Shown: positions 37,720 through 48,703, numbered from the stretch's first letter. The stretch: 64,000 nt of DNA from an uncultured Armatimonadetes bacterium (GCA_963716175.1 OY970296.1:2848001-2912000); one strand, 5' to 3'. Notes: generated by a model not told the origin, from the letters alone. Made by a program: numbers and translations.

Positions 37720-39777
37720 CTAGGCCCAGGGGGAAAGCTGCATGTGCAGGCCCAGCAGTGGGTCTATGGCGCTGCGCAGCCCGATGATCACGAAGTGGCC
37801 CAGGGCCATGCCCACGAAGGCCGGACGCATGGTGGTGTAGAGGCGAAGCCCGCCGAAGCGGCGCAGCAGCGAGACCAGCAGCCAGGCGATGAAGGCGTTG
37901 CTCCAGATGCGGCTGTTCATGGCGCCCGTTCCCCCCATGATGAACCCAATCGGGCTGAGGCCCCACCAGACGAAGCGGGAGTGAAGCCAGTCGAGGCCGT
38001 ACATCGCCGCCGCACCACACACCAGCGCCAGAGTGAGATAAGGGGTGCGGCCTTCGGGGCTCTGCAGGCTAGCGGCGAGTTCGCCGAACTGCCAGTTCCC
38101 GCTGTCCCGGAACTGCCAGGTGTCGAAGTTGAGAGCTGCGTGACGGTAGGCCGCATTGATGTTCACCCAGGGCACGATGGCCATCATCAAGACTACCGCC
38201 AGCAACAGCATCAGCAGGCTGGTGCGGCCGGACACCCGCCCAACATGAAGGAGCTTGAAGTCGTTGACGGTGTAGCTGAGGAAGTTTACTTTCCATTGCA
38301 GCATGAAGGTGTGCTGAAGCAGGGTGACCATGGTGAGAGAAGCCGGGGAGAAGGCGCTGGCGCCCGTGAGGCCCACCAGCACGTCGCGAGGAGCCATGCT
38401 GATGGCGGGTGTGTAAATTCCGCCCGCGGCCACCAGGCGAGCCGTAGCAAGAGAGAAGGTGTAGAAGATAGCCATTAGAGCCACCACCACCCAGAGTTCC
38501 ATGCCAGCACGAAAGGACCAGATACCGACTAAGATAGCGCTGATTGCCAGGCCGATCGCGGCGCCCCGAGGGGAAAGGGGGGCAAGCGGATCGGGAGGCA
38601 AGCCGGGACGGCCATAGAGACTCCGGAGCGCTGCCGCGAGAGAGCGGCGGGACTGCCAGAGGACCAGCAGAGCCAGCATGAAGCAGCCGCCAGTCTCCTG
38701 ATAGGCGATGAAGGCCGAGGGGCTGAAGAGACTGGCGCCCACGGCTTCCTGCCCATAGCCCAGAGCAGCGAAGGTCAGCACTTGGGTGCGATTGGCGAGG
38801 AAGAACAACCATAGGCTCAAGGAGACCTCGGCCGGCAAGAGCGCCAAGATACCGATGGTCTCGAAGCCGATGTAGACATAGGTGTAGAGCAGCGAACTCA
38901 TGGGCCCGGATTGACCGAACCATCGCCCCACCTGCCAGTACATGGATGAGTAGGGCACGGAGGGTGCGAAGGAATGCGCCATCTGGAACAGGGACTGGCC
39001 GACCGGGAGAGCGAAGCCGGCCCAGAGATAGGGGTTGCGAAAGAAGGCAGTCGGGGCCGTGGAACCGTTTCCGGTCATCTCGATGGGCAGAACCGCGAGA
39101 GGGAAAGAGAGGCGCTGGGATTCGATCCAGTCTCGCCGTATCAGGCAGGCCAGCGAGAACAGGCCCAGGTAGAGTGCGAACGCGATCAGGGACCAGTTCC
39201 AGATGGGGGCCAGCCATTCCACCCAGGGGAGGTGAGCGCCGGCCGGCGCGCCTTCGAAGAACCAGCGCACGGCCTCGGGGCTGGTGACCTGGAGCCAGGG
39301 GGGGACGTTCGGGAGCAAGATCTGGGTCCAGCGATTCTCGGGGCTGGCGTAGTACTGCGGTTGGACGGAATTGACCATGACGTAGACGTAGAGCCCCTCA
39401 CCGGCGAAGGCCGCGCAGATCGCCATCATCGCGTACATGAGGAGGAGTTCCGGCCGGGTGAAGGCCAGGTCGGGGCGGAGACGGCGCAGCAGGGCGTTCA
39501 CCGGCCAGACCAGCAGAAAGAGGAGGAAGACCGGGCCCACCCCGAGGGGACGGAAGGCCCAGTCAAACTTGTTGAGCGACAGGTTGAAGTAGGGGATCAG
39601 GAAAGCCAGGGCGATGACGAGGCCGGCGCCCACGGACAGGGCCCAGCCGCGGGGCAGGCGCAGCCGGCGTTGCTCATCAGCAGGGAGGTCGGACATCATA
39701 GCACCGGGTCGGTCGCTGGCAAGAGATTCGATGGCGATGGGCCGGCTCCCCGCCGAAGAATCGCGATCCCTCGCCAT
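37720..39777 (-). CDS. Polytopic membrane protein, DUF6785/DUF6784 putative peptide-transporter-like
   Basis: Many TM helices, ELLLMYAM, W...QRLSFPL, WWGLSPIGF. Confidence 0.75.
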   Translation of the reverse strand: MARDRDSSAGSRPIAIESLASDRPGAMMSDLPADEQRRLRLPRGWALSVGAGLVIALAFLIPYFNLSLNKFDWAFRPLGVGPVFLLFLLVWPVNALLRRLRPDLAFTRPELLLMYAMMAICAAFAGEGLYVYVMVNSVQPQYYASPENRWTQILLPNVPPWLQVTSPEAVRWFFEGAPAGAHLPWVEWLAPIWNWSLIAFALYLGLFSLACLIRRDWIESQRLSFPLAVLPIEMTGNGSTAPTAFFRNPYLWAGFALPVGQSLFQMAHSFAPSVPYSSMYWQVGRWFGQSGPMSSLLYTYVYIGFETIGILALLPAEVSLSLWLFFLANRTQVLTFAALGYGQEAVGASLFSPSAFIAYQETGGCFMLALLVLWQSRRSLAAALRSLYGRPGLPPDPLAPLSPRGAAIGLAISAILVGIWSFRAGMELWVVVALMAIFYTFSLATARLVAAGGIYTPAISMAPRDVLVGLTGASAFSPASLTMVTLLQHTFMLQWKVNFLSYTVNDFKLLHVGRVSGRTSLLMLLLAVVLMMAIVPWVNINAAYRHAALNFDTWQFRDSGNWQFGELAASLQSPEGRTPYLTLALVCGAAAMYGLDWLHSRFVWWGLSPIGFIMGGTGAMNSRIWSNAFIAWLLVSLLRRFGGLRLYTTMRPAFVGMALGHFVIIGLRSAIDPLLGLHMQLSPWA

Positions 39778-39941
39778 GGTGCCAGTCCGTCCGCGGGTGC
39801 GGCAGCGCTGTTGGGCAGGGCACGCGAGACTCGCGGCGTGTCACACTGGCGTGGGAAGGCAATGGGCGGAGGCGCTGCGGTGGCTCCGCCCATTGCGTCT
39901 TCCAGTGGTCGCGCGGAACTCCGTCTGTTGTGCGCCGACTG

Positions 39942-40994
39942 CTACGCCGCCGGCTGGCCGCAGAAGCCCCTGATGTTGCCCTCGTAGTGGTAGACCATGT
40001 CGCTGTAGCCGGTCTCGTCAGCGCAGCACTCGCAGTGAGGCGTGTTCGCCATCAACGCTTCGGCGTTCATCCAGCTGGCATGCCCGTCCGCGAAGCCCAG
40101 GTTGCTGCCGCCCAGGTGCCGGGTGTACTTGGCGCGGAAGGTGGGGTCGGTCGCGAATTTGGGGTACAAGTCCGGGGGCAGCGCGCACGTCTGGGTCCAC
40201 GGGCAGTCCTCCCAGTTCGCGCAGCCCCCTCGGAAGCCGCAGATCTGGTAGGCCACAGTCTCGACGTTCTCTATCACCGACAGGACGCCCAGGTCGGCAC
40301 AGACCATGTACAGTGCGGGATCGGGTATCGCCGAGGTCTTCAGATCAGCGTTCTCTCGCTCGGCGAAGCCGATGCCGGGGTCAAAGGCACCTGCGGTAGC
40401 CGTGGTTGGACCGGTGACCCAGGGGAAGGCCCCGGGCGTTGCCAGTTGCTGCTGGGCCACGGAATCTGTGACCGTGCCTCCCCATCCCGGTGGGTAGGCA
40501 TAGGCGCAGGGGCTGACCACCAGGCCAGTTCCCCATTGGCCCTCACGAGCCTGGAGATACTGCCACCAGCCGTAGCCGTAGTCGGGTACGATGAAGAATG
40601 CTCCCACCTCGAACCGGGCGCTAGGGCAGCGCCAGACATCGCGGTTCCTCACGTACTCGTCCAGGACCACAGCCCAACGCAAGAACGGGTTCGCATTCAG
40701 GGCGCGGCCGCAGTTATCCCTTGGGCCGCCTCCGCCTGGCCCGGTGTCGAAGTAGGCCTGGGCCGCCGGATCGTGAAATCCGGGCGGAAACCGGTCATAG
40801 TCAGTGAGGTACATCTGGACCGCCAGGGCGATGTTCTTCACATTCGACAGGCACTGGATCTTGCGCGCTGACTCCCTGGCCCGGGCGAAGACCGGGAACA
40901 GCATGGCCGCCAGGATCGCGATAATCGCGATCACCACCAACAGCTCAATCAGGGTGAACCCTCTGCATCTCCGACGCAGCATGGAACTTTGCAC
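39942..40994 (-). CDS. Prepilin-type N-methylation / DUF1559 protein with H-X9-DG motif
   Basis: [46 protein letters not shown]. Confidence 0.92.
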   Translation of the reverse strand: MQSSMLRRRCRGFTLIELLVVIAIIAILAAMLFPVFARARESARKIQCLSNVKNIALAVQMYLTDYDRFPPGFHDPAAQAYFDTGPGGGGPRDNCGRALNANPFLRWAVVLDEYVRNRDVWRCPSARFEVGAFFIVPDYGYGWWQYLQAREGQWGTGLVVSPCAYAYPPGWGGTVTDSVAQQQLATPGAFPWVTGPTTATAGAFDPGIGFAERENADLKTSAIPDPALYMVCADLGVLSVIENVETVAYQICGFRGGCANWEDCPWTQTCALPPDLYPKFATDPTFRAKYTRHLGGSNLGFADGHASWMNAEALMANTPHCECCADETGYSDMVYHYEGNIRGFCGQPAA

Positions 40995-41228
40995 CTCCTC
41001 AGGCTGGGTAACCGCATACTGCTCACAAATGCTCGGGCCGAATCACAAAGCCAACCGCTGGAACCGCACAGTGCGCCGAAGGCAACACCTCCCTTCTGAT
41101 CGCCGACGCCGCCCCCGTTGTTCCGCCTGTATAAGCGTCCTGCCTATGGGGATCGGAGCCACTAGGCCGCTACGTCATATTGTAGCGTCACAGCCCAGGG
41201 TTCGTCACTGGACAAACTTCCTGCGTTC

Positions 41229-42134
41229 TTGTACATTCTTACTCGCGCGAGGTCCGAACCCATAGCGAGTGGCGCCTCCAAGTCTCTCACATCAGTTGAC
41301 AAAGGGCTGACGCCCAGCAACCCGGTCCGCGTTCTCGCCTTGGCTCAGCCGTACCCAGATCCGCCTGCCCGCCACATACACTCGACTTTCGAGATTGGCG
41401 TTCTCCTGACCGGGCAGACAGACAGGTACCTCGAGGACTTGCTGGTCCGGCTGAGGACTGGCGATCTCTACTTGAGTCCGACATGTGAGTCCCACGGGTG
41501 GAGCACCGTTGCTCCCGGCAGCGTGCTGCTGGTAATCTACTTCCTACCACAGTTCCTCGGAGAGGAGACCTTCGAGGGGATACTGTGGATCAACCTGTTT
41601 GCCAGACCTCCGAGCGAGCGCCCGCGTGTCACCAACCCCGAAATGAGGGAAAAGGTCCTCGAGATCGCGCATGAGCTGGAGGAGGAGAGCCGGCACCAGC
41701 GGCCAGGATGGCGGACGGCAGTGCGGCTGGGCATAGTGAAGCTGCTGTTCACCATCAGTCGTGGCTGGCAGCCCGCGAGCCAGGGAGAGCGCCAGCGTGG
41801 CGCGCACTCCAGCGATCTGCTTCGAGTCATGCCCGCGATTAGGCTGATGCAGTCCGACCCCGAGCGCCGGGTAGGCTTGGCCGAGGCGTCGGCAGCATGC
41901 TCGCTCAGCCCTTCACGATTCTCGCTGATCTTTCGCCGGGCCATGGGCGGCAGCTTCGGGAGACTCGCATTGCGATCTCGTGTGGGCAGCGCCGCCGAGC
42001 TTCTCCTGACTAGCGAGCTGTCGGTAGCAGCAGTGGCAGAGAGGTTTGGGTTCGCGGATGCCAGCCATTTGCACCGTGCCTTCTCCAAGCTCTACAGACG
42101 CACTCCGACCGATTACCGACGTGAGGCGCAGTAG
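41229..42134 (+). CDS. AraC family transcriptional regulator (start uncertain)
   Basis: Cupin HIH..FE; LSPSRFSLIF, VAERFGFADASHLHRAF..TPTDYR. Confidence 0.9.
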   Translation: MYILTRARSEPIASGASKSLTSVDKGLTPSNPVRVLALAQPYPDPPARHIHSTFEIGVLLTGQTDRYLEDLLVRLRTGDLYLSPTCESHGWSTVAPGSVLLVIYFLPQFLGEETFEGILWINLFARPPSERPRVTNPEMREKVLEIAHELEEESRHQRPGWRTAVRLGIVKLLFTISRGWQPASQGERQRGAHSSDLLRVMPAIRLMQSDPERRVGLAEASAACSLSPSRFSLIFRRAMGGSFGRLALRSRVGSAAELLLTSELSVAAVAERFGFADASHLHRAFSKLYRRTPTDYRREAQ

Positions 42135-42445
42135 CTGCCCTGTCTTCGGCCATTGCCTACATTCGCAGCCGTCCCCGGTATCGTGCCACCATGCCTCAGA
42201 CTGAAGCGCGTTGCCTGCGTCGCCCAACGGGTGTCCCAGATGCCCATGCCGAGAAGCAGCACGGCAAGTGCTATTCCGACCTGGCCGCCAACGTGGAAGC
42301 GCGTCGGGTCTTCACGCATGACCGGCCGGTGACATAGCCCTGCCCCAACTGCGGGTATGTGCACGAGGCAACAGAAGCACCCAAGGTGTGTCACGCCTGT
42401 GCCCATCTGTCCTTGTCAAGGCCTCGTGAAGCCGGCTGTGGCTGT

Positions 42446-43740
42446 TCCTATAAGACGGCACGTCAAGACTCCCCCCGTGCAGTTTCCCGACGACCATCTT
42501 GTGGTCTCTAATGAGACATGTCCCTATCGGCGTTAACAGCGCGCACGCTATCGTCGGTTTCGGGGGCCTCTCAGGTCAAGCGAGGGCGCTAACTTCGGCC
42601 AAACAGCCTACGGGAGAGTGCCCCCATATTGGGCAACAGCTTTGCGGGCTCGGGGTGCCCTGTAATCCTCCTCTTTCTTGAGCATGTAGTAGACCAGATC
42701 CAGCAGGCGTCGCGCCACTGCGATCTTTGCTGGGTTGCGTCCGTGGCGGAAGGCGACCGAGAGGAAGAGGCGCTTCAGGCGCGGATCGGGCTCCTTCATC
42801 TGCCCGATCCGCTGCGCCGCTAGCACCGCGGCATACCGCAGCCACTTGTTGCCGGCCTTGGTGAGCGGGCCCCGAGCGTCCTTGTCTCCGGTCTGGTAGA
42901 CCGCCGGTACCAGCCCGGAGTAGCCCCGCAGCTGCGCCCGTCCCGGGAAGCGGTTGATGTCGCCGATCTCCACCGCCAAAGCAAGACTAAGGAAGGGACC
43001 GATCCCAGGGATCGTTCGCAGGCGCCGCGCCATCGGATGCTTCGCTGAGGTGTGCTCAACCATGCGCTCGAAGTCATCCACTTTGGCTTGCACAACAACC
43101 AGAATCTCTCGTAAGCCGGCCAGCATCTGCCCCGCGTGGCCTTCCAGCTCCACCTCCTCCAGCCACAGCTGTCCGCGTTCGCTCATCAGGTCTCGATGCG
43201 GACACTCATGACCGTGACGCGCCAACAGCATTCGGATCATCGTCCGCACCTGGGTCGACATACGAGTCAGCGCGGTCTTGCCTCGGGTCAGCTCTCTCAG
43301 ATCCATCGTCTGCCCATCCGGTCGCCACTGTGGCTTCAGTACGCCCTTTGCAGCCCACCACGCCAAGGCGGCCGCATCCCGCCGATCGGTCTTCGAAATC
43401 GTGTGCTGCAACCTTCGGACCTCTCCTAGGTCTACGATCCACACCTCCTCCGCCATCGACTCCAGCAGGCCCGCCATGTGGTAGCTGCTCCGTCCGGCTT
43501 CCAGCACCACCGTCTTCGGACAGGGCAGCCCCTCCAGCGTCTCCTCCAGGGCTGATGCCTCGTTGCTCACCGACCCCAGATCGTGTACCTCTCCGGTCGC
43601 AGGATCGAAGCACCCCATCCGAGAAAAGCGCTGGTGTACGTCCAGTCCAATCCAGATCATCGTCGGTCTCCTCCTGATGAGAGTGTTTGTGCTTCGAGCA
43701 CCTTTCAACACTTACAGGGGGAGACCGTCTTATGATAGTC
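42446..43740 (-). mobile_element. IS110/IS1111-group element
   Basis: Subterminal IR ATAAGACGG (42450) / CCGTCTTAT (43725); TTGACG at the right end and TATCAT at the left end; ~160-bp non-coding right end. Exact core uncertain. Confidence 0.7.
42608..43660 (-). CDS. IS110 family transposase
   Basis: WIGLDVH, VLEAG, KTDRRDA, TIPGIG, YSGLVP...TG; AGGAGG RBS. Confidence 0.93.
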   Translation of the reverse strand: MIWIGLDVHQRFSRMGCFDPATGEVHDLGSVSNEASALEETLEGLPCPKTVVLEAGRSSYHMAGLLESMAEEVWIVDLGEVRRLQHTISKTDRRDAAALAWWAAKGVLKPQWRPDGQTMDLRELTRGKTALTRMSTQVRTMIRMLLARHGHECPHRDLMSERGQLWLEEVELEGHAGQMLAGLREILVVVQAKVDDFERMVEHTSAKHPMARRLRTIPGIGPFLSLALAVEIGDINRFPGRAQLRGYSGLVPAVYQTGDKDARGPLTKAGNKWLRYAAVLAAQRIGQMKEPDPRLKRLFLSVAFRHGRNPAKIAVARRLLDLVYYMLKKEEDYRAPRARKAVAQYGGTLP

Positions 43741-44075
43741 AAGGGCCGCTGGAACCGTCTCATACTGGGCCCAGACGTGCCGTTACGTGCCAGGATTAGT
43801 GAGCCCGCCGCGGGTGGCGGCCTTCAGAGCGGCTTCCTCGCGGCGATGACGGCCTCTTCCAGATCCTGCCAGACTACATCAACCAGCTCGAAGCTACACT
43901 GGCGCCACTCAGCGATATGTAATCCGCTCGGACATACACCAGGCACCCACATGCAGGCTGCTGAACATGACCGCGGCAACGGACCTGCGGAGCCAAACGG
44001 CTGGCCCTGCGCGTTCCCCCGCGAAGCCACTCTAGTGGCTCATGCCTGCAGGATGAACCTGTTGGCGCTGTGGAG

Positions 44076-46448
44076 TCACTTCGGCGCAACCCTCTCATCT
44101 ACGCCCAGATGCGGCGTAATCAGAATCGTCAGGACATTTTCGTCCACCCGGCGGTGGTTGGAGCGGAAGAGCTGACCAAGTAGCGGAAGGTCGCCGAGCA
44201 ATGGCGTCTTGCTCGTCGCCTGCGTCTCCTGCCTGAGCACCAGCCCGCCAATGACGATGGTCTCGCCGTCCTTGAGCACGACGCTCGTCGTCGCCTGTCG
44301 TGCCGTGACATCCGGCAGGCTGCTCGTAGCCGTGAACGTGAAGTTGCCGACCATCACCTCCACATCCACTTGCACATTGCCCGCGCCCAGCACCCGCGGC
44401 GTGATCTTGCCTCCGATGTCCGCGGAGATGTCGCTCTGCTGAATGATGGGGCGGCCGAACTGGTCGTAGCCCTGCGTATAGAAGTAGTACTTCGTCCGCC
44501 GGATGTTCATGGTGGCGGTCTTGCCGCTCACCGCGGTCAGCCGCGGGTTGGCGCGAATGGTCACCTCGCCTTTCTCCTCCAGCGCGTTGAGCGAGACGAA
44601 GAACTTGTCATCTAGCCGCTGCACGCCCTGGTAGAAGACCTGGCCCGGCCCGAAGTCACCGATAGGTAACCGACCGCCCAGGTGCCCCTTGGCATAGGCC
44701 CAATCCAGGCCCAGGTCGCGGCTCGCCGTCTTGGACATCTCGGTCACTAGCACATCCATCACCACCTGCGGGGCCGGCGTGTCGATCGGCTTGAGGTAGT
44801 CTCGGATCCGCTGTGCGGCATCGGGTGGGCCGTTCACAATGAGGAGGTTCCGCTCGGGGTTGATGACCACATACGCCTTGTCTCCGGCGGGCAGCGAATC
44901 CAGCGCCTGCTGTGCGGTCATGTTCACCGGCTGGATCAGTGCGTAGCCCAGCGCAGCCGCCGTCGCAGCAGGAGCCGCCGGCCCGGCATTCAGAGCGGCG
45001 GCAGAGGCCGGAGGTGTCGGGGCGGGAGCCGCAGCCTCAGCTGAAGCCGATGACGCGGGCGCCGACGACCTGCTTTCCCCCGGCACCTCGAGCACGTAGA
45101 GGTCGGGCTCGTACTCCTGCTTCTCCCAACTGATGACCTTCGACTGGCACAGGAGAATACGCCTACCATCCGGCGCCCAAGACGCGGCATCATTATGCAA
45201 GTAGACAGGATCCTTCTGTCGGCGGTAGTAGAGCAGCTCCGTGGCCGTCCCCGTCGGCACGTCGTAGATCGCGAAGTCGTCGCCGGGGTCGGTCTCCTGC
45301 TCATTGCCCGCGCCCCGCACCACGTAGGTGATTCCGTGACGGAAGACCTTCTTGGAGTCCGGCGAAATCGTCCAGTCGTGCTGGTCGCTGTGCTCTCGCG
45401 ACCCCATCTGGGTGCCCATGATGCGCCGCCACTGGCGCGACTTCCAGTGGATGAGGAACGTGCCCTGATACCCGCGGCCGGAGGCATCTGCCTGTACGCC
45501 GTGGCAGATGATGAAGCTGCCGTCCGGCGACCAGGAGGGATGGACGAAAGTGCCCCGTCCATCGCTCGACTGGCTTCGGCCCGAGATGAGTGTCTGCTCA
45601 TCGCTGCCATCCGGCCGAATCACCAGAATGTCCCAGTTCCAGCCGTTGCGCGCTTCATCGGGGTACCGATCCTTGGCCGAGAAGAACACGATCCACTGCC
45701 CATCCGGCGACCACTTCGGCTCGCCGCAGTCGCGCCGGTCGTTTGTGATCTGCTTGAGCGTCATGCCATCGCTGCTGGCCACCCAGAGCTCGGGCTGCGC
45801 GTCCTTTGAGGGAAGTGCGTTGAACACGATCCGCGTGCTGTCCGGCGACCATGATCCCAACGTCTCGAACGGCTTCGTGGTGGCCAGGTTCGCTCCCAGT
45901 CGCACCGGGGCCGATCCGTCTATCGGGAAGACCGTGACGAAGGTGCCGTCGCGCTGCCGGTCATAGACCTGATAAGCCAAGTGCTGAGAGTCAGGAGCCC
46001 AGATCGGCGGCGCGCTGTCGGCCGCGCCGAAGTCGCCCCGACGATAGCCGCCGCTGGTTCTCTTTGTCTCTCCGCCAGCCAGGGTGTAGACGCACACCGT
46101 CGCCCCGCTGGCATCCTCGTTCTTGCTGGCGAAGACGTAGCCGATCCTCTTGCCATCGGGCGCCCAAGCGCACAGCATCGGCCAGCCCACTGGGCTGATG
46201 GCCTGGCCCTCACTTCCGTCTCCGCGCATGAGCCAAAGCTGGCGGTCGGTCTTGCTGACGGCCTTGTAGAAGACGATCTGGTCCCCGACCGGGGCGAAGC
46301 CAGCGCCACGCTCAGTGGAAGACTTGCCGTCATTCGTGGTCCGGTGGATAACCAGTCCCGGCGCCACTGTCTGTGCCGTGGCCGGTCCACACACGTGGAT
46401 GGAGAGCACCAGACACAGCAGGACAAGCTTCAGGGAATGCTTGAGCAT
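44076..46448 (-). CDS. TolB/PD40 beta-propeller fused to a type II/III secretin domain
   Basis: Signal peptide, WSPDG repeats, Ala/Pro linker, N3-like domain, PQVVMDV, ANPRL, LKDGETIVIGGL, PLLGDLPLLGQLF, ILITP. Confidence 0.88.
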   Translation of the reverse strand: MLKHSLKLVLLCLVLSIHVCGPATAQTVAPGLVIHRTTNDGKSSTERGAGFAPVGDQIVFYKAVSKTDRQLWLMRGDGSEGQAISPVGWPMLCAWAPDGKRIGYVFASKNEDASGATVCVYTLAGGETKRTSGGYRRGDFGAADSAPPIWAPDSQHLAYQVYDRQRDGTFVTVFPIDGSAPVRLGANLATTKPFETLGSWSPDSTRIVFNALPSKDAQPELWVASSDGMTLKQITNDRRDCGEPKWSPDGQWIVFFSAKDRYPDEARNGWNWDILVIRPDGSDEQTLISGRSQSSDGRGTFVHPSWSPDGSFIICHGVQADASGRGYQGTFLIHWKSRQWRRIMGTQMGSREHSDQHDWTISPDSKKVFRHGITYVVRGAGNEQETDPGDDFAIYDVPTGTATELLYYRRQKDPVYLHNDAASWAPDGRRILLCQSKVISWEKQEYEPDLYVLEVPGESRSSAPASSASAEAAAPAPTPPASAAALNAGPAAPAATAAALGYALIQPVNMTAQQALDSLPAGDKAYVVINPERNLLIVNGPPDAAQRIRDYLKPIDTPAPQVVMDVLVTEMSKTASRDLGLDWAYAKGHLGGRLPIGDFGPGQVFYQGVQRLDDKFFVSLNALEEKGEVTIRANPRLTAVSGKTATMNIRRTKYYFYTQGYDQFGRPIIQQSDISADIGGKITPRVLGAGNVQVDVEVMVGNFTFTATSSLPDVTARQATTSVVLKDGETIVIGGLVLRQETQATSKTPLLGDLPLLGQLFRSNHRRVDENVLTILITPHLGVDERVAPK

Positions 46449-46509
46449 GCGATTTCCTTGTTCACGGGTTCGTCCGCGCCATCAAAGGAACGGTTGGTCG
46501 GCCACGCCG

Positions 46510-46911
46510 CTACAGCCATTCCCTCAGCACTGCTCTGACTTGGTCTGGCGATTCCCCGCTGCCAAGTACAATGCAATGCGGTGTACCGCTCAGGTCAAGC
46601 TGCGTGCTATGGACTTCCCTGCCAGCGAGGTCGACCAGACGATTCCGGGCGGACTCCACCAACAGGCGCGTGAGTTCCGGATCCGCTGGCCTGGCAGCCG
46701 CAGTGGCTTCGCCAAGCGCACTCGGGAGCTTCTGAGGCTCCTGAGCGGGAACGACCACTTCCTTGAGCTGCCCAGTGCCGAGATGAACACGTAGCTCGTA
46801 GCCGGCGGCCGGCTGACGGGCAGCCTCTACCTTCACCGGGCCGTCGAAGTGGCCGGTCAACGTGACCTGTCGGCCGATCAGTGTGCTGGCGGCATCATCC
46901 ACGTCGCACAC
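46510..46911 (-). pseudogene. N-terminal remnant resembling SNF2-type helicase leaders
   Basis: GHFD..V..E.AR....YE.RV...G...E, then LLVESAR.RL, then degenerates; recalled similarity only. Confidence 0.45.
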
Positions 46912-47913
46912 CCCTCATCGCGACTGGTTCTAGCTCTTGGGCGCGAAGGCGTCAACCCCTGGGAGAGCGGCACGGGCGGAGGCACCGTCTGGGCCTCGCC
47001 GTGGCCGCGACTCGCCTGTGCGTACGTTCGACGAGGGCAGGCATGGCGCCTGCTACTGAGGGTAGCGCCCGGGCGGGGCAGATGGGATTGGGAGGGGCGC
47101 CTCAGAATCGCCATTCACCGCGGCAGAGTCGCAGGAGCAAGGCCCATGCCCACCGCTCGCCAGCGGTGGGCACTATCCGTTCATCCTGCACCCACTTGCC
47201 CACCCTGCCCTCGGCCCCCCTCGCCGAGTCCCACAATGGGTTATACCTGGAAAGCGGCCGTCTCCTAGACTCGGGCGCGATCGCCCCACCCCTCCACCCC
47301 AGTACGGCCTCGAACCGTCCCTCTCAGCCCCACGTGTGGAGCCATTTTCGGGCGAATCCCGCCGTACCCGCCCTGGAGGCGCTTTCCCCCCTGGCGCCGG
47401 CGATCGGCAGCGTCTCACGGTCCCGTAGTATGCCAGAACTCATCCGTAGGCTCCAGAGACCGAGTCTCGGTTTCGGCCGTCTGTGAGACCGCTGCCCTGG
47501 GCCCATAGGTCGGATGCTGTGGCCACACGGACAGCACAGCCCAACCATCCGGAATGGCCCGGCCTCTGAAGACAGTGCCTCACGATCTCACAGACTCTAC
47601 GTAGTGACACGGAGTTGAGCGCTTGGTCGGAGGTGTCCGCTGTCCTCCGGGCGCGACAAGAAACTCTGGGAGAGTCTTGACGAGACCCCGTGACGTGACA
47701 CAATCGGGCCATCGCAGCAAGGCCCGCGGCCTGGTGGCAGCCCTGCTTGGAGCAGAGCGAAGGCCCTCGGTAGGGGGGAGGATGGGTAGCCGAGGGGCGG
47801 GCAAGAATAAGGCTGGCAGCGACCTGGAGGTGGCGCCTGCTTCGTCCGATCAGACGGAGGGGCGCCTTTGTCTTTTTGGGCCTGGCGGGAGAGCGAGAAA
47901 GGAGGGTGAACAG

Positions 47914-48171
47914 ATGACCTTTGTGACTTTGGCGAAAGCAGTGCCGGGAAGGGCGAAGGAGGCGACGGAGGGCCTCAAGGGGCTGTCCTCGCTGCCGGGA
48001 GGGGCCAAGGTGGTCAGCTGCTATGTGACCTTCGGGCGCTATGATGCGGTGTGCATCTGGGAGGCTCCGGACCTGGCCAGCGCCAATCGCGTGATGCGGG
48101 CCTTGGTGGAGAAAGGGCTGGTCACCACGGAGACCATGGTGGCCCAGTCTCCGGAGGAGTTCCTGAAGTAG
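47914..48171 (+). CDS. GYD domain protein
   Basis: YVTFGRYDAVCIWEAPD...TTETMVA; AGGAGG RBS. Confidence 0.85.
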   Translation: MTFVTLAKAVPGRAKEATEGLKGLSSLPGGAKVVSCYVTFGRYDAVCIWEAPDLASANRVMRALVEKGLVTTETMVAQSPEEFLK

Positions 48172-48181
48172 GGGATAGCTC

Positions 48182-48580
48182 GTGGTCACAGCCCGGGAGA
48201 TCATGACCAAGGAGGTGATGAGCACTCGGCCCCACTGCAGGGTGGCGGAGGTGATCCGGGTTCTCTACCACCACGGGATAAGCGGCCTGCCGGTACTGGA
48301 CGAGGAGAAGCACGTGATCGGGATGGTGACGGAGGCCGATATTCTGGACCTGAAGAGCGGGCAGGAGCTAGTCCAAGATATTATGTCGGCGCCGGTCTGC
48401 GCGGTATGCGAGGATATGCCGCTGGAGGAGATCGCGGCCCTGCTCAGGGAGAAGAAGATCAAGCGGGTGCCGGTGGTGAGGGAGGGCAAGCTGGTGGGGA
48501 TTGTCTCCCGGGCGGATGTGGTGAGAGCGCTGGCGATGGTGAAGTGGGGGGAGCATGGTGGGCGGGGAGATGTGGGATAG
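48182..48580 (+). CDS. CBS domain pair protein
   Basis: AREIMT, ISGLPV, GMVTEADI, IKRVPV, GIVSRADV. Confidence 0.92.
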   Translation: MVTAREIMTKEVMSTRPHCRVAEVIRVLYHHGISGLPVLDEEKHVIGMVTEADILDLKSGQELVQDIMSAPVCAVCEDMPLEEIAALLREKKIKRVPVVREGKLVGIVSRADVVRALAMVKWGEHGGRGDVG

Positions 48581-48590
48581 GAGACGGGGG

Positions 48591-48703
48591 ATGGCGCCAC
48601 GGGCGAGAGACATCATGACCAAGGGGGTGCCTGTGCTCCGGGAAGGGAAGCTGGTGGGGTTGTCTCCCGGGCGGAGGTGGTGAGAGCGATTGCGGGCAGG
48701 TGA
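48591..48703 (+). pseudogene. Internally deleted duplicate of the CBS gene
   Basis: ARDIMTK joined directly to VPVLREGKLVG, followed by a frameshift. Confidence 0.7.
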
